Source of the DNA: a virus
Virus record (IMG/VR): IMGVR_UViG_3300044716_001642
Coordinates: 32,001 to 96,000 of that record
Reading direction: 5' to 3' (one strand)
Length of the DNA stretch: 64,000 bases
Below, piece by piece: positions 49,528 to 59,297 of this stretch. A program made the translations under genes and the position numbers. How positions within the stretch are numbered: the first letter of the stretch is position 1; every line of letters starts with the position of its first letter. The notes beneath the pieces are model-generated. The model saw nothing but the letters and a program-made list of their open reading frames with translations. It did not search any database and had not been told where the DNA came from.

Positions 49528-49917
49528 TTATTCCCAACAAAAAACTACATTATCAAAATTTTCAAGTTTTTTAACTAAATTATGATTTATTATTTTTTCC
49601 CATATTCTGTATTTGTTGGCTAGCCCAGCGCCCAATTGAGATATATAAAAAATATTATTTGGTGAATTTCTAATTTTTATTTCTAATTTTTCTAACTCTT
49701 CAAAAAATACAAGGGAGTATTCTTCTGGTTTATAAAACGATTCGTCGCGGTTATCTGGAAATTTTTTCGTAATAAAGCCAATGGCTCTTTTATGAAATCT
49801 TAATTTTGCCGCCCCGCCTGTTCCGCGTCTTTCCAGGTTATCTCCGAATACAAAATACGCGTTAGAATTATCATCTAAAAAGGATTCCGTTACCGTTAAT
49901 GAATTGTAAATAGCCAT
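49528..49917 (-). CDS. Macrodomain-like phage protein
   Basis: YFVFGDNLERRGTGGAAK...ISQLGAGLA. Confidence 0.5.
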   Translation of the reverse strand: MAIYNSLTVTESFLDDNSNAYFVFGDNLERRGTGGAAKLRFHKRAIGFITKKFPDNRDESFYKPEEYSLVFFEELEKLEIKIRNSPNNIFYISQLGAGLANKYRIWEKIINHNLVKKLENFDNVVFCWE

Positions 49918-49934
49918 TTTAAGAATATGATTAA

Positions 49935-50165
49935 TTATTCTTCGTCACTTTCATTAAAATTTTTTCCGCTTTTTTCTTGCCTCATTTTTTTTCTTTGCTT
50001 CTTTTGATCCTCGGAAAGAATGCCGAGCACTTCTTCACGCCAAGTTCTATTCGCTTCCTTGTTTGAGATTGGCGGCTCGCCTTTTTTTGATTTTTTCTTT
50101 AATGCTTGTCTGATCTCCGCCATCATTGGAGATGATTTTAAGGATGGCCATGTTGCAATATACAT
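49935..50165 (-). CDS. Small basic hypothetical protein
   Basis: 76-aa Lys/Arg-rich ORF. Confidence 0.5.
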   Translation of the reverse strand: MYIATWPSLKSSPMMAEIRQALKKKSKKGEPPISNKEANRTWREEVLGILSEDQKKQRKKMRQEKSGKNFNESDEE

Positions 50166-50193
50166 ATTTTATTTTATTTTATTTTTTTCGTAT

Positions 50194-50790
50194 TTAAAAA
50201 CTATTTATGTGCTTTATGAATTCTGAAACTTTTTTAAAAGTATTGCAAGTTACCATTTCTTGCTTTTGCCATGTTGTTGCGCTTAGTTGAATTTGTCCGT
50301 CGTGGTTTTCAACATTATCAATCAAAAGGTCTGCTTCTTCTTTTTTGCTCGCCAATTTGAAATTAATAAACTGTTTTCTTGTATATTCAAAATCTAAGTC
50401 ATTAAATTCTTTTTTATTTTTTAAGTTTTCGTAAGTTTCCGCTGCGTCTCCTGGCAAGAACGCAATTGCTACTTTTTTGAACTCAAAATTTACGCTTGCT
50501 TCTAGTAGATTTATTAGATTTAACCTACTTGCTTCATTGAGAAATAGTCCATTTAGTAGTATATTTTTACGCTTCTTGTTTTTTGTGAAAATTTTTACGC
50601 ATCTATTCAGTGTTTCTTCCATCACCATTTGCTCAACTATTTTATTTTCAACAAGCGCGCTTTTAGAAAGCTTTAATCTAATTGAAGAGGATGAAACCAA
50701 TTCATAATCGTCATTTTCTTCAATAAATTTTTCACAAAAAATATCTTTTTCTGCGCAGGTCGGACCATAGCAATATGCCAGTATTTTCAT
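50194..50790 (-). CDS. Degenerate P-loop (AAA_33-like) protein
   Basis: ILAYCYGPTCAEKD at the Walker A position; LVSSSSIR; ILLNGLFLNEASR. Confidence 0.45.
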   Translation of the reverse strand: MKILAYCYGPTCAEKDIFCEKFIEENDDYELVSSSSIRLKLSKSALVENKIVEQMVMEETLNRCVKIFTKNKKRKNILLNGLFLNEASRLNLINLLEASVNFEFKKVAIAFLPGDAAETYENLKNKKEFNDLDFEYTRKQFINFKLASKKEEADLLIDNVENHDGQIQLSATTWQKQEMVTCNTFKKVSEFIKHINSF

Positions 50791-50795
50791 CTATG

Positions 50796-51605
50796 TTAAC
50801 TAATTTTCTTTTTAATTCTTTGAATGAGTGAAAAGATAGTTTTATTTGGAATTTCCGAAATGGAGGTCCAGTTAGAAGCGTCTTCAATTCCTTCTTTTAC
50901 TAAAGTGTCTTTGATAGTATCAAACGATATATTAGCCTTTGACATTAAATCTTTCAATACATTAGATGGATGGCTCGCTGAGACTTGAGTTTCAGTTCCC
51001 GATTCGGTATGAATTACAGTTTGATTCTTAGAATCCCCAAGTTCATCGCTACCCAAAATATTAATTCTCAAAAAATTTCTAACAGATCTGACGAATGCTC
51101 TATTTTCAGCAATAGCCATTAAGAAATCTTTGGCAAAACTTTTAGTATTATCAAGATGCGCGTCGGCAAGTGATTCAAATTCTACCTCCTGACCACTTGT
51201 TTCAAAATTGGGCATCCAGGTGATTTTGCATGATACCGCAACGTGATTTTGAGTACAATTGAATACATTGTATTGGACTTTTGAATAACCCCTGATATTT
51301 GCCAAGTCTTTTATGCCGCCCAACAAAATTAAAAGTTGCGAATCCTCTAAATCCTGCACGTTTAAATTTTTATTTTCAGTTCCGGACGGAAATTTTGACA
51401 AGTTGGGAACAAGGTATTTTGTGTCAATCATCCTCCTCCAATTAACAAGACCATCTTCCGTAAATTCGTAAGATTTCCCATCTAGCAAGCCAAGCTCATC
51501 TCTTTTAAAAATGGGTTTATATTTTACGCTGTCGTTAATAACTTGCGATTCATCTAATGTCTTGATCATTTCTGAGTCTTCTTCGTTTTTTTTAATTTTT
51601 GGCAT
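50796..51605 (-). CDS. Rad52/Sak-like single-strand annealing protein
   Basis: VAVSCKITW, FESLADA, AIAENRAFVRSVRNFLRI. Confidence 0.6.
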   Translation of the reverse strand: MPKIKKNEEDSEMIKTLDESQVINDSVKYKPIFKRDELGLLDGKSYEFTEDGLVNWRRMIDTKYLVPNLSKFPSGTENKNLNVQDLEDSQLLILLGGIKDLANIRGYSKVQYNVFNCTQNHVAVSCKITWMPNFETSGQEVEFESLADAHLDNTKSFAKDFLMAIAENRAFVRSVRNFLRINILGSDELGDSKNQTVIHTESGTETQVSASHPSNVLKDLMSKANISFDTIKDTLVKEGIEDASNWTSISEIPNKTIFSLIQRIKKKIS

Positions 51606-51609
51606 ATAT

Positions 51610-52854
51610 TTAAGGATTATATATGTAGCAATTTTCTAACTCTTTGCCCAGGCTTTCTTTATCATTTATTTCGGAAATTTTTTGCTCGATTGATGAGCAT
51701 GGTTTATTTTCCAGAAGGGCAATTTTTGTTAAAAATTTACTACCATTTGAAATAATAATACGAGAACTTTTCATTATTGTCAAGTCATTAATTCTGCCAA
51801 ATGAATCTTCCGATAAATTTTTTGACCATGATGTTTGGTCAAGCATATTTATATTTTTAATATCTAAAAACTTAAATTTTAAATCATTTATTTCTTGCTC
51901 TGAAAAATCATTCTTTATCAATGCGACTGCTATATTGAATCCATCTTTGATGCCTTTTTCAATAAATTTGATAGCTTCGTCTATTTTTGATAGATGTTTT
52001 TTTTCAATATGGAATATAAGTGACGATATATTTTGCTTTAAATTCTTCAATTGGTCAAGATCAAATGGCATTGACGTTATAACGCAGCACTTTCTAATTG
52101 AAAGATTCATTATTGCGGAATTTATATTTTCTTGCCTTACCTCGTTAGATTTTAAATAATCAAATCTTATATTAAGGGATGTTTCTTTTAAGTCTGTAAT
52201 TGCAAGCAACTGATCTGGAACAAATTCTATTGCTATTTTTGAATAATTTTTTCCAAAAAATAATGATTCAATTTTCAACTCGCTCGAAAGTTTTAGATCG
52301 GGCAGGGCGGAATTTATTTCTTTAATAATTTGCTCTGGCTTTATCCTGTTTATTACCATTTCAGGATCTTCATTTGAATATTTTGGTTTTTTCCCGTTTA
52401 GCGGTGCCATAATTGTAAATTGTTTTTCATTATTCCAATATGGACCGGCAACTTCAGGCTGGATAACTGAATACAAGCTCACGCACGGGATTCCAAAACT
52501 TGAGCAAAAATGCGTTGAAAAACTATCATTTGTAATAAGCAAACTTGCGTTTTTTAATATAAATGCTGTTTGGTGAATATTTGTTATTCCCTGAAGGTTT
52601 GAACAGTTTCCCAATTTTGGATCGTTTTGGCTCCCGATTTGAATAATTCCATATCCCGCCGCATTTACTTTTTCGAATACAAAGTCAATTACATCTTGAT
52701 AATATGAATAATTTTTAGAATTCGTGCCGCTGCTTGCGTGAATTACAATATATTTATCAAATGGCGTTGGATAATATGATGTATAAACATAGGGTTTGCC
52801 TAATTTTTTGGGACTTATTCCGCAATTTAAGCTGTATTTTTCTATTAAGTGCAT
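51610..52854 (-). CDS. GT9 (heptosyltransferase-like) glycosyltransferase with a C-terminal extension
   Basis: IVIHASS, IIQIGS, TNIHQTAFILKNASLLITNDSFSTHFCSSFGIPCVSLY. Confidence 0.8.
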   Translation of the reverse strand: MHLIEKYSLNCGISPKKLGKPYVYTSYYPTPFDKYIVIHASSGTNSKNYSYYQDVIDFVFEKVNAAGYGIIQIGSQNDPKLGNCSNLQGITNIHQTAFILKNASLLITNDSFSTHFCSSFGIPCVSLYSVIQPEVAGPYWNNEKQFTIMAPLNGKKPKYSNEDPEMVINRIKPEQIIKEINSALPDLKLSSELKIESLFFGKNYSKIAIEFVPDQLLAITDLKETSLNIRFDYLKSNEVRQENINSAIMNLSIRKCCVITSMPFDLDQLKNLKQNISSLIFHIEKKHLSKIDEAIKFIEKGIKDGFNIAVALIKNDFSEQEINDLKFKFLDIKNINMLDQTSWSKNLSEDSFGRINDLTIMKSSRIIISNGSKFLTKIALLENKPCSSIEQKISEINDKESLGKELENCYIYNP

Positions 52855-52858
52855 TTTA

Positions 52859-54871
52859 TTAAAGTAGTAATTTATTTATTCCATTATGGATATAGTTCAT
52901 TGATCTTTGAGTTGAAAGATGCGGTGTAAAACATATGTCAAACCATCCCTGATGTTCTCCGATTCCTTCCATTTTCATATGATCTTCCATTTCTTGAGAG
53001 TATGGAATCCAAGCAGTTATATTTTTATTTCCGTCGAATATTGATTTAAATTCTTGACTGGTTGATACGTAAATATCCCAATTTTCTTCTTCGTATACTT
53101 CTCTCAAACTTTCCAACACTGCGGTCGATAAAAAGCAATCTTCCATAAAGCCAGGCATAACGTAAAGTATTTTCTTCTTATCGTTTTTTAGGATTAAATC
53201 GTTTATTGACGATCGGTTATTTTTTTGATTTAATTCGTTCAAATCCTTATGAGCAACGTGTCTAAAATAATTTTCAACTTGTTGTCGAGGAGTATTTTTT
53301 GCCAATTCGCTCATCCAGTAAAGTAAGCCTTCATCGTCGTCTTGCACGACGCGATCTAGGATTATCTCGTAAAGTGATTTTACCCATTCTTTATCTTGCA
53401 GTTGTCCATTGATTTTGCCATTTGGATTTGGATTCGACGCAACCGATTGAATAAAATTGCTTTCATCTTCTTCGTTTACATATGGAGAAGAGTCAATGAA
53501 ATTTTCTATTTTTGCACCAATATTTTCAATAGAAAAATTTTGTAAAGCCCATTCTCTAGCACCCTTGCCCCATTTGTCTTTTTCTTTTTTAGACATTTTA
53601 AAAAAAACATCTAATTGCTCGGCTATAGAAACTGGAGAAGTGGATGCTTTTATAAACTCAGTACCGTGTTCAAGATATTTATTCCATTTTAATGGCAAAG
53701 AATACGCACCATCTTCACAACATTCTTGCCCGCAACTATAATCTGTGACAAGTGTTACCAATTCTGTTAATTTAGCCTCTTGAATTGGTATTTCTTGTCC
53801 GCCGCTTGTAAAAGCATGGACATAAACATCCATTAAATTATAAACTTCATTGAGTTGCGATTCTGTAACTCCCAGCCCAACTGAGGTACTATTTTGAGAA
53901 TTTTGCGTTTTGCAAAATGGGCATGTTTTGCCCTCTAGTGAGATAGGTTTCTCAATTTTTTGAAAATTTTTATCTAATTTAAAAATCCCTTTGTCATCAA
54001 CTTCGAATTTTTGATCTCGGTCATCAAATGATTTCACCTCGTATTCTTTACATTTAGAGCAAATATATGTAATCAATATTTCTTTTGGGTCTATTCCATG
54101 CTGGTGAGCTTGTGACCTAATGTCCCATCCCTCTGAAAGACTGGTATGGAGCAGGAGATATGTGTTTTTAATTTGAGGATTATTATTTTTCCAAATTTTG
54201 TAGCCCTCCATTAAGTTTGGGACAAGCTTTCTTAATTGGTTTCTAAATACAAATCCAATAATAGTGGAATCTTCTGGAATATTGTTTTTAATTCTAATTT
54301 GTTTTCTTTCGCTATCGCTTAACTTATAGAAATGCTTAGATTCAATGGGTCCATGTACCGTTTTTACATGATTATGTCCAATTCTTGCAAACTCTTTTTC
54401 AGCAAAATTGCTCCAAACCCAATAGTTTTTAATTTCAGAAGCTTTCTTCACTGCGGAAGGAAGCAGTGGTAGTGAATCCAGAGTAGTCCAAATGCAGCTT
54501 GTGATTTTATTGAACCAGTTCTTATCTATTGAGAAATCGACTCCCCAAAAATCTTGAGCGCCAATGTAAACGTCAGGTTTAATTTCTTTTATATAATCGT
54601 CTAGGGTTTGTGCGCCGTAGCCAATTGATCTTGCTATAGATGGATCTCTCGACGCTTCATTTATTTTTTTTTGATCCGAGGTAATCGCCCCATAACTTTT
54701 CCATGGGGTTTGTTCTAGCTCAGTTGAGCCCTGCTGCATGCCGCAACAAATATGGTGTATTTCATATTTATTCGTTTTGTAAAGATGAGACAATGTGGTT
54801 TTCATCACTCTTCCAAATCCCGTTTTGGCTAGTGAAAAATCTGAGTGGAAAACAATTCTTTTTTTTCTCAT
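52859..54871 (-). CDS. GT4-like glycosyltransferase with a Zn-ribbon insertion, a DUF4214-like helix and a C-terminal GT9-like fragment
   Basis: RNQLRKLVPNLMEG; CSKC...CPFC; DVYVHAFTSGGQEIPIQEAK; WVKSLYEIILDR...EGLLYW; MPGFMEDCFLSTAVLESLREVY. Confidence 0.78.
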   Translation of the reverse strand: MRKKRIVFHSDFSLAKTGFGRVMKTTLSHLYKTNKYEIHHICCGMQQGSTELEQTPWKSYGAITSDQKKINEASRDPSIARSIGYGAQTLDDYIKEIKPDVYIGAQDFWGVDFSIDKNWFNKITSCIWTTLDSLPLLPSAVKKASEIKNYWVWSNFAEKEFARIGHNHVKTVHGPIESKHFYKLSDSERKQIRIKNNIPEDSTIIGFVFRNQLRKLVPNLMEGYKIWKNNNPQIKNTYLLLHTSLSEGWDIRSQAHQHGIDPKEILITYICSKCKEYEVKSFDDRDQKFEVDDKGIFKLDKNFQKIEKPISLEGKTCPFCKTQNSQNSTSVGLGVTESQLNEVYNLMDVYVHAFTSGGQEIPIQEAKLTELVTLVTDYSCGQECCEDGAYSLPLKWNKYLEHGTEFIKASTSPVSIAEQLDVFFKMSKKEKDKWGKGAREWALQNFSIENIGAKIENFIDSSPYVNEEDESNFIQSVASNPNPNGKINGQLQDKEWVKSLYEIILDRVVQDDDEGLLYWMSELAKNTPRQQVENYFRHVAHKDLNELNQKNNRSSINDLILKNDKKKILYVMPGFMEDCFLSTAVLESLREVYEEENWDIYVSTSQEFKSIFDGNKNITAWIPYSQEMEDHMKMEGIGEHQGWFDICFTPHLSTQRSMNYIHNGINKLLL

Positions 54872-54879
54872 TTTTTATA

Positions 54880-55356
54880 TTAATCTAAACTCGAAGACGC
54901 GGCAACTTTAAATGATTCTTCTAAACTGAGTTTCAGCCACTCTCTTAATTTGATCGACTCGTCATTTGTAAAACCAACAGAAAAAATATTCTCTTTGTCT
55001 TTTGACTCTGATACTCTTAAACCAAATCCAGCCATTACGTTGTCTTTAATATATGGGGCAAATGAAATAGATACTCCAGAATCATTATTAAACTTGTGAA
55101 AGGTGGACCATTTTTCTTCTTTTTCTATTGCTCTAATAATTCCCGACACTTCGATATCGTTAAATTTTATATTCTTTTTTGCTTTTGGATTGTCTTTGTT
55201 ACCCTTGAATGATCCGATCCTTTTGGCGGCATCCCAACTAAATTGTTTTATAAATGACACGTAAATCCCACTGTCGGCAGGATTAAAAGATACTGAAACT
55301 GCGACACCTTTGTTGGAGGCATTGGGCTTGTAGAATTGAATATTATTAAGATTCAT
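54880..55356 (-). CDS. Hypothetical protein, possibly Whirly/PC4-like ssDNA-binding
   Basis: Duplicated strand-strand-helix pattern (FYK...IKFNDIE; FHK...GFTNDE) in the replication module. Confidence 0.4.
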   Translation of the reverse strand: MNLNNIQFYKPNASNKGVAVSVSFNPADSGIYVSFIKQFSWDAAKRIGSFKGNKDNPKAKKNIKFNDIEVSGIIRAIEKEEKWSTFHKFNNDSGVSISFAPYIKDNVMAGFGLRVSESKDKENIFSVGFTNDESIKLREWLKLSLEESFKVAASSSLD

Positions 55357-55385
55357 AGTTTGTTTTTAAATCTTAATATTATAAT

Positions 55386-56666
55386 TTAGACCACTTCTTC
55401 TTCAATTAAATCTTGATCTTTTAGATCCCTTAGAGCCATATATATTTTAGCGCTTTGTATTCCTATTTTTTCAGCATAGCAAGCATTACCGTCTTTTTTA
55501 TTAGCCTTAACTACAAGCACATCGCCTTCTTCTGGAAGTTTTCCAGCATTGTTCTGTTTCACTTCTTCAAGTTTGTCTCTTTTTTCGCTACTGAAAACAA
55601 AACACTCTATCTTGCCGCCTTCATCAGAGAGTTCATACTTGACATACGGATTTCCATTTTTAGAAGTTCTTTTTATTACGTCTGTTACTATTCCAGCAAA
55701 AAACAAAGAACTTTTTTCTTTTGCATTGTTGCACTCTTCAATGCTTTGAATATTTTCGTTTTTTTGTTGAAAAATTTTACTAAGACTTTGGCTATATGGC
55801 ATTCCGAGAAGCTCTTTCTCGTAAAAGAAGTTTGCCAAATTTTCATTTCGACTATTAAGCAAGTAAATCGTTTTAAATCTTTCGTAATCTCTTTTGATTG
55901 TTGAGAATCTTGAATCTTTAATAATCAACTTTCCTTTATCGTCTTTAATTTCTGTATTCAGCGCTTTAACTGCTGTTAATACATCTTCGAACTTCTTTTG
56001 CTCAATGAGTTGTTTTACTAGGATTTTTTCCTTGTCTTTTAATATGTTCCATGTTTGAGCTTCCAGAACTAATCTGCTGCGAGTTTTAGTATTTAAACTT
56101 TCCAGCGCGCCAGCTTGAATTAGGGCAGAAAGAACGCCAATAGAAATTTTCGCCTGTTTTGCGGCAACAAATAAATCTATTTTAGAATTATAAGTGCCCC
56201 TAAAATTTATCATTTTTTCAATTACCTTTTTGCTGATTCCTTTAATAGCAGACAACCCATATCTAATGTTATTGCCTTCAATTTCGAAATCCTCTTGACT
56301 TTTTGCCAAGTCTGGCGGCAGTAATTTGATTCCGAAATGTTTCATTTCTTGGCTGATAGTGCTGATTTCGCTAAGACTATCTTGCTCGTTCTTAGCCATT
56401 CTAAGTAAAGCCAGGAAAAATTCTTTAGAGTGATTAAATTTAAAATAAATAGTCAAAGCCGCCATTGCTGAATAAGAAAAAGCATGGCTGTTTGACGTAA
56501 CCATGCCCTCAGCAAAAAAATTATGAAATCGATTTTTTACTTCAAAATCGATACTTTTTTTTATTCCTATACTTCTGGAACTCCTAATTCCAATAATTTT
56601 GACATTAGTATTTCCTTGAAGCTCCCGTCGTTTATCTCCGTCTCCCACAATTCTATTATTGTCCAT
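55386..56666 (-). CDS. dnaE: C-intein fused to the DNA polymerase III alpha C-terminal part
   Basis: IntC ...SIGIKKSIDFEVKNRFHNFFAEGMVTSN (ends 56490), then SHAFSY, LLPPD...IRYGLSAIKGI and an OB fold. Confidence 0.9.
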   Translation of the reverse strand: MDNNRIVGDGDKRRELQGNTNVKIIGIRSSRSIGIKKSIDFEVKNRFHNFFAEGMVTSNSHAFSYSAMAALTIYFKFNHSKEFFLALLRMAKNEQDSLSEISTISQEMKHFGIKLLPPDLAKSQEDFEIEGNNIRYGLSAIKGISKKVIEKMINFRGTYNSKIDLFVAAKQAKISIGVLSALIQAGALESLNTKTRSRLVLEAQTWNILKDKEKILVKQLIEQKKFEDVLTAVKALNTEIKDDKGKLIIKDSRFSTIKRDYERFKTIYLLNSRNENLANFFYEKELLGMPYSQSLSKIFQQKNENIQSIEECNNAKEKSSLFFAGIVTDVIKRTSKNGNPYVKYELSDEGGKIECFVFSSEKRDKLEEVKQNNAGKLPEEGDVLVVKANKKDGNACYAEKIGIQSAKIYMALRDLKDQDLIEEEVV

Positions 56667-57505
56667 TTTAATTTTTTGAAAAAATTTCTTTTGCTTGTGT
56701 CCCTGCTCAGGTTTCTTTTTTGAATTGGATAGATTGCTCCATCTGGATAAAATCTAGGATCAACATGAAAAAATGTTCCCTGACATTCTATTCCTATTTT
56801 ACGTTTTTTGTCGCCAAAGTCAAGTGTAAAGTACTCAATTTGCTCCTGGAATTTAAAATCGTCTAATAAATTAATTTCTTTTAAAAACTCTTCAACTTTA
56901 AACTCTATTGAGGTTTTTCTATTGAAAACACCATTTTTCCATTTTTCAGCCTGTCTTATTTTTAATATTCTCTTTGTTTCTTCAGAGTGTTTTTGAGTAT
57001 GTCTTGCTTTGATTGGACTGTTCGCTCTTGCTTGCTTTAGTTTATTTACATGCTCCGCAGACAGCCTTCTACCTTTCATCTTCGGGTTCTCGTAAGATTT
57101 TCCGAGATTCCAGGGTTTTTTCCCGTGCATTGGGTTCTTGTTGCCAACTCTGTCTCTTGACAACTTTTCACATCCTTTTTTAAAATTTTCACAAGTAGAT
57201 TTATTCACTCCCCCTCTTGAATAAATGCTTAGAATTAAGCCTCCGCCTCTACATCTGAATCCCACGTTTGTATTTTTACTTGGGCATTTTGGCCACTTTA
57301 TATTTAAAAATTTTTCACAATATTCAATGATAGAAATATTATGAAATTTTTCGATATACTTGCAAAATTTATCCAAATAGTATGGACCATCTGATCTTTT
57401 GCTATATATAGAGATAATATCTTTATCTGTTTTATTGTCAATCAGGCAGATTTTAAAATCGCTCTTTGGTATGAGATAGTGTGAATCTAGTTTTAATAAG
57501 CTCAT
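56567..57505 (-). mobile_element. Free-standing NUMOD3 plus Vsr/DUF559-like endonuclease
   Basis: NUMOD3-like NPMHGKKPWNLGK and HTQKHSEETK; C-term TSIE...IECQGTFFH...RD..K.....W.IIELWE. Confidence 0.85.
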
Positions 57506-57506
57506 T

Positions 57507-59294
57507 CTATTCTATACACAGGATTTTATGATTGTTTGATAAAATTTCTGAAATTTTTCTCATTTTTTTATCCTCACACATGAACTTATGATCCATTGAG
57601 CATGTAACTAGCCTTCCGTCTTCCATCTCAAATTCGAACATTTCCGCTTCTGAGAAAACAATGTCTGATATTTCAGCTTCTTCTACTTTATATGTATCGG
57701 GATTAAATGAAAGAATTTTATCTCCGATTTTCGCATCTATCATTGGGATATATTCACCATCTGTTTTCTGAACAATTGTTTCTGGAGAAAGACACTTGCA
57801 AAAAGAATAATTTGCGCTATCACTAAGAGCGTTCCAGTAAAAATCAGCAATTTCTTTAGAGATTCCAAGCTCTTTCGCCTTGTCGTAAATTTTACTCTCC
57901 CATTCTGGCATTTCATCCGACTTCTTTTTGCCAACTATTTTTCTTAAAACCTCTGCTTCTGAAAGGGTTAAACCAAAAACCTTATGCCCGATAGCCATTA
58001 AGCTTTCCTGATACAGCACTGCGCCACCTGTTTCCTTTAAAATTGCATCAATTTTCTCCCCATTCTCTGGAAAAACACCGGTTTGGGCATATGTCGCATA
58101 CTGGTCTACAAATGCCAGCGCCCCTGGTCTTGCAAGCGCCACAACCGCGCTAAGTTGGTCCAAGTTTTTTGGTTGGACCTTTTTACAAACTTTATAATTG
58201 GTATCTGCTTCAATTTGAAACAAGCCTTTTGGATTTTTCAGTTCCTGAAGGTGAGCGTAAATATTTTCATAACTTTCTAAATCAACACTTTTATAGTCAA
58301 CTCCAACCAATTTTGACACTTCATGAATAACAGATACGCTTTTCAAGCCAAGCAAATCCAGTTTGATATTGATCTTTGTGGCCCAGTCCATTGTAAAGGA
58401 TGAAACGGTTTCTTTGTCCGCTGTTAATTCGGTTGGGGTTGTTTTATTTAAATCCTCATAACTGACAACAATTCCAGAAGCGTGAACCCCTTTATTCCTA
58501 ATAAGGTCTTTTAGCTTTAAAGCAGTATCATAAATTAATTTATTTTCATCGCACCAATCTTTGAATTCCTCGCTTGTATCGTACATTTCCTCTGGCTCTG
58601 CCACCTTGCCATATTTAGATGTGAAAAGAGATGTTATCTTATTCATCTCGGTTTCTTCTTTTTCTCCGATAATTTTACCAGCATCTTTAATCAGAGCCTT
58701 TCCAGATAAAGTGGAAACTGTCAACATTTTAGAAGTTCTATTTGGATATTTTTCTTCTAAGTATTTTACCACTTCCTTGCGTCGATAGTAGCAAATGTCG
58801 CTATCAATATCGGCAATCATTTTCCCATCCAGATAAGTTATACCGTCAACAATTTGTTTTTTAGCCCTAACCTCGGATACAAATCTTTGAAAGAATAATC
58901 CATATTTAACTGGGTCAATTCCAGTAACACCAAGAAGATACAGCACAAGGCTTCCTGCCGCACTTCCTCTTCCAAGTCCAGTTGGAATATTGTTTTTGTT
59001 GCAAAAATTGAATACGTCCCATATAATCAATATATAGTCAACGAAATCTAATTTGCGTAGTGTTTCAACTTCAAATTTTACTCGACTCTTGTACTCTTCT
59101 ATATTTCCTCCTTGCGCCTTCCAAACGGGGAGCATTTTCTTGAATCCTTGATTACACAGCGTTTGCAAAATCTCGAGATTTGTCGCATCATTTTTAATCC
59201 CATACTCTTCCCTGTCTCTTGGATCAAGGGTTATTGAAGGACACCTTACGCCGTGGAGCGGCAGAGTAATTGTTTTGAATTTTTCTAAAAACAT
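57507..59294 (-). CDS. dnaE: DNA polymerase III alpha catalytic core fused to an N-intein
   Basis: GRGSAAGSLV.Y.LG.T.IDP, DIDSD, HASG, KLDLLGL; ends SANYSFCK|CLSPET...TCSMDHKF (intein 57794-57507, 95 aa). Confidence 0.93.
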   Translation of the reverse strand: MFLEKFKTITLPLHGVRCPSITLDPRDREEYGIKNDATNLEILQTLCNQGFKKMLPVWKAQGGNIEEYKSRVKFEVETLRKLDFVDYILIIWDVFNFCNKNNIPTGLGRGSAAGSLVLYLLGVTGIDPVKYGLFFQRFVSEVRAKKQIVDGITYLDGKMIADIDSDICYYRRKEVVKYLEEKYPNRTSKMLTVSTLSGKALIKDAGKIIGEKEETEMNKITSLFTSKYGKVAEPEEMYDTSEEFKDWCDENKLIYDTALKLKDLIRNKGVHASGIVVSYEDLNKTTPTELTADKETVSSFTMDWATKINIKLDLLGLKSVSVIHEVSKLVGVDYKSVDLESYENIYAHLQELKNPKGLFQIEADTNYKVCKKVQPKNLDQLSAVVALARPGALAFVDQYATYAQTGVFPENGEKIDAILKETGGAVLYQESLMAIGHKVFGLTLSEAEVLRKIVGKKKSDEMPEWESKIYDKAKELGISKEIADFYWNALSDSANYSFCKCLSPETIVQKTDGEYIPMIDAKIGDKILSFNPDTYKVEEAEISDIVFSEAEMFEFEMEDGRLVTCSMDHKFMCEDKKMRKISEILSNNHKILCIE

Positions 59295-59297
59295 AAT

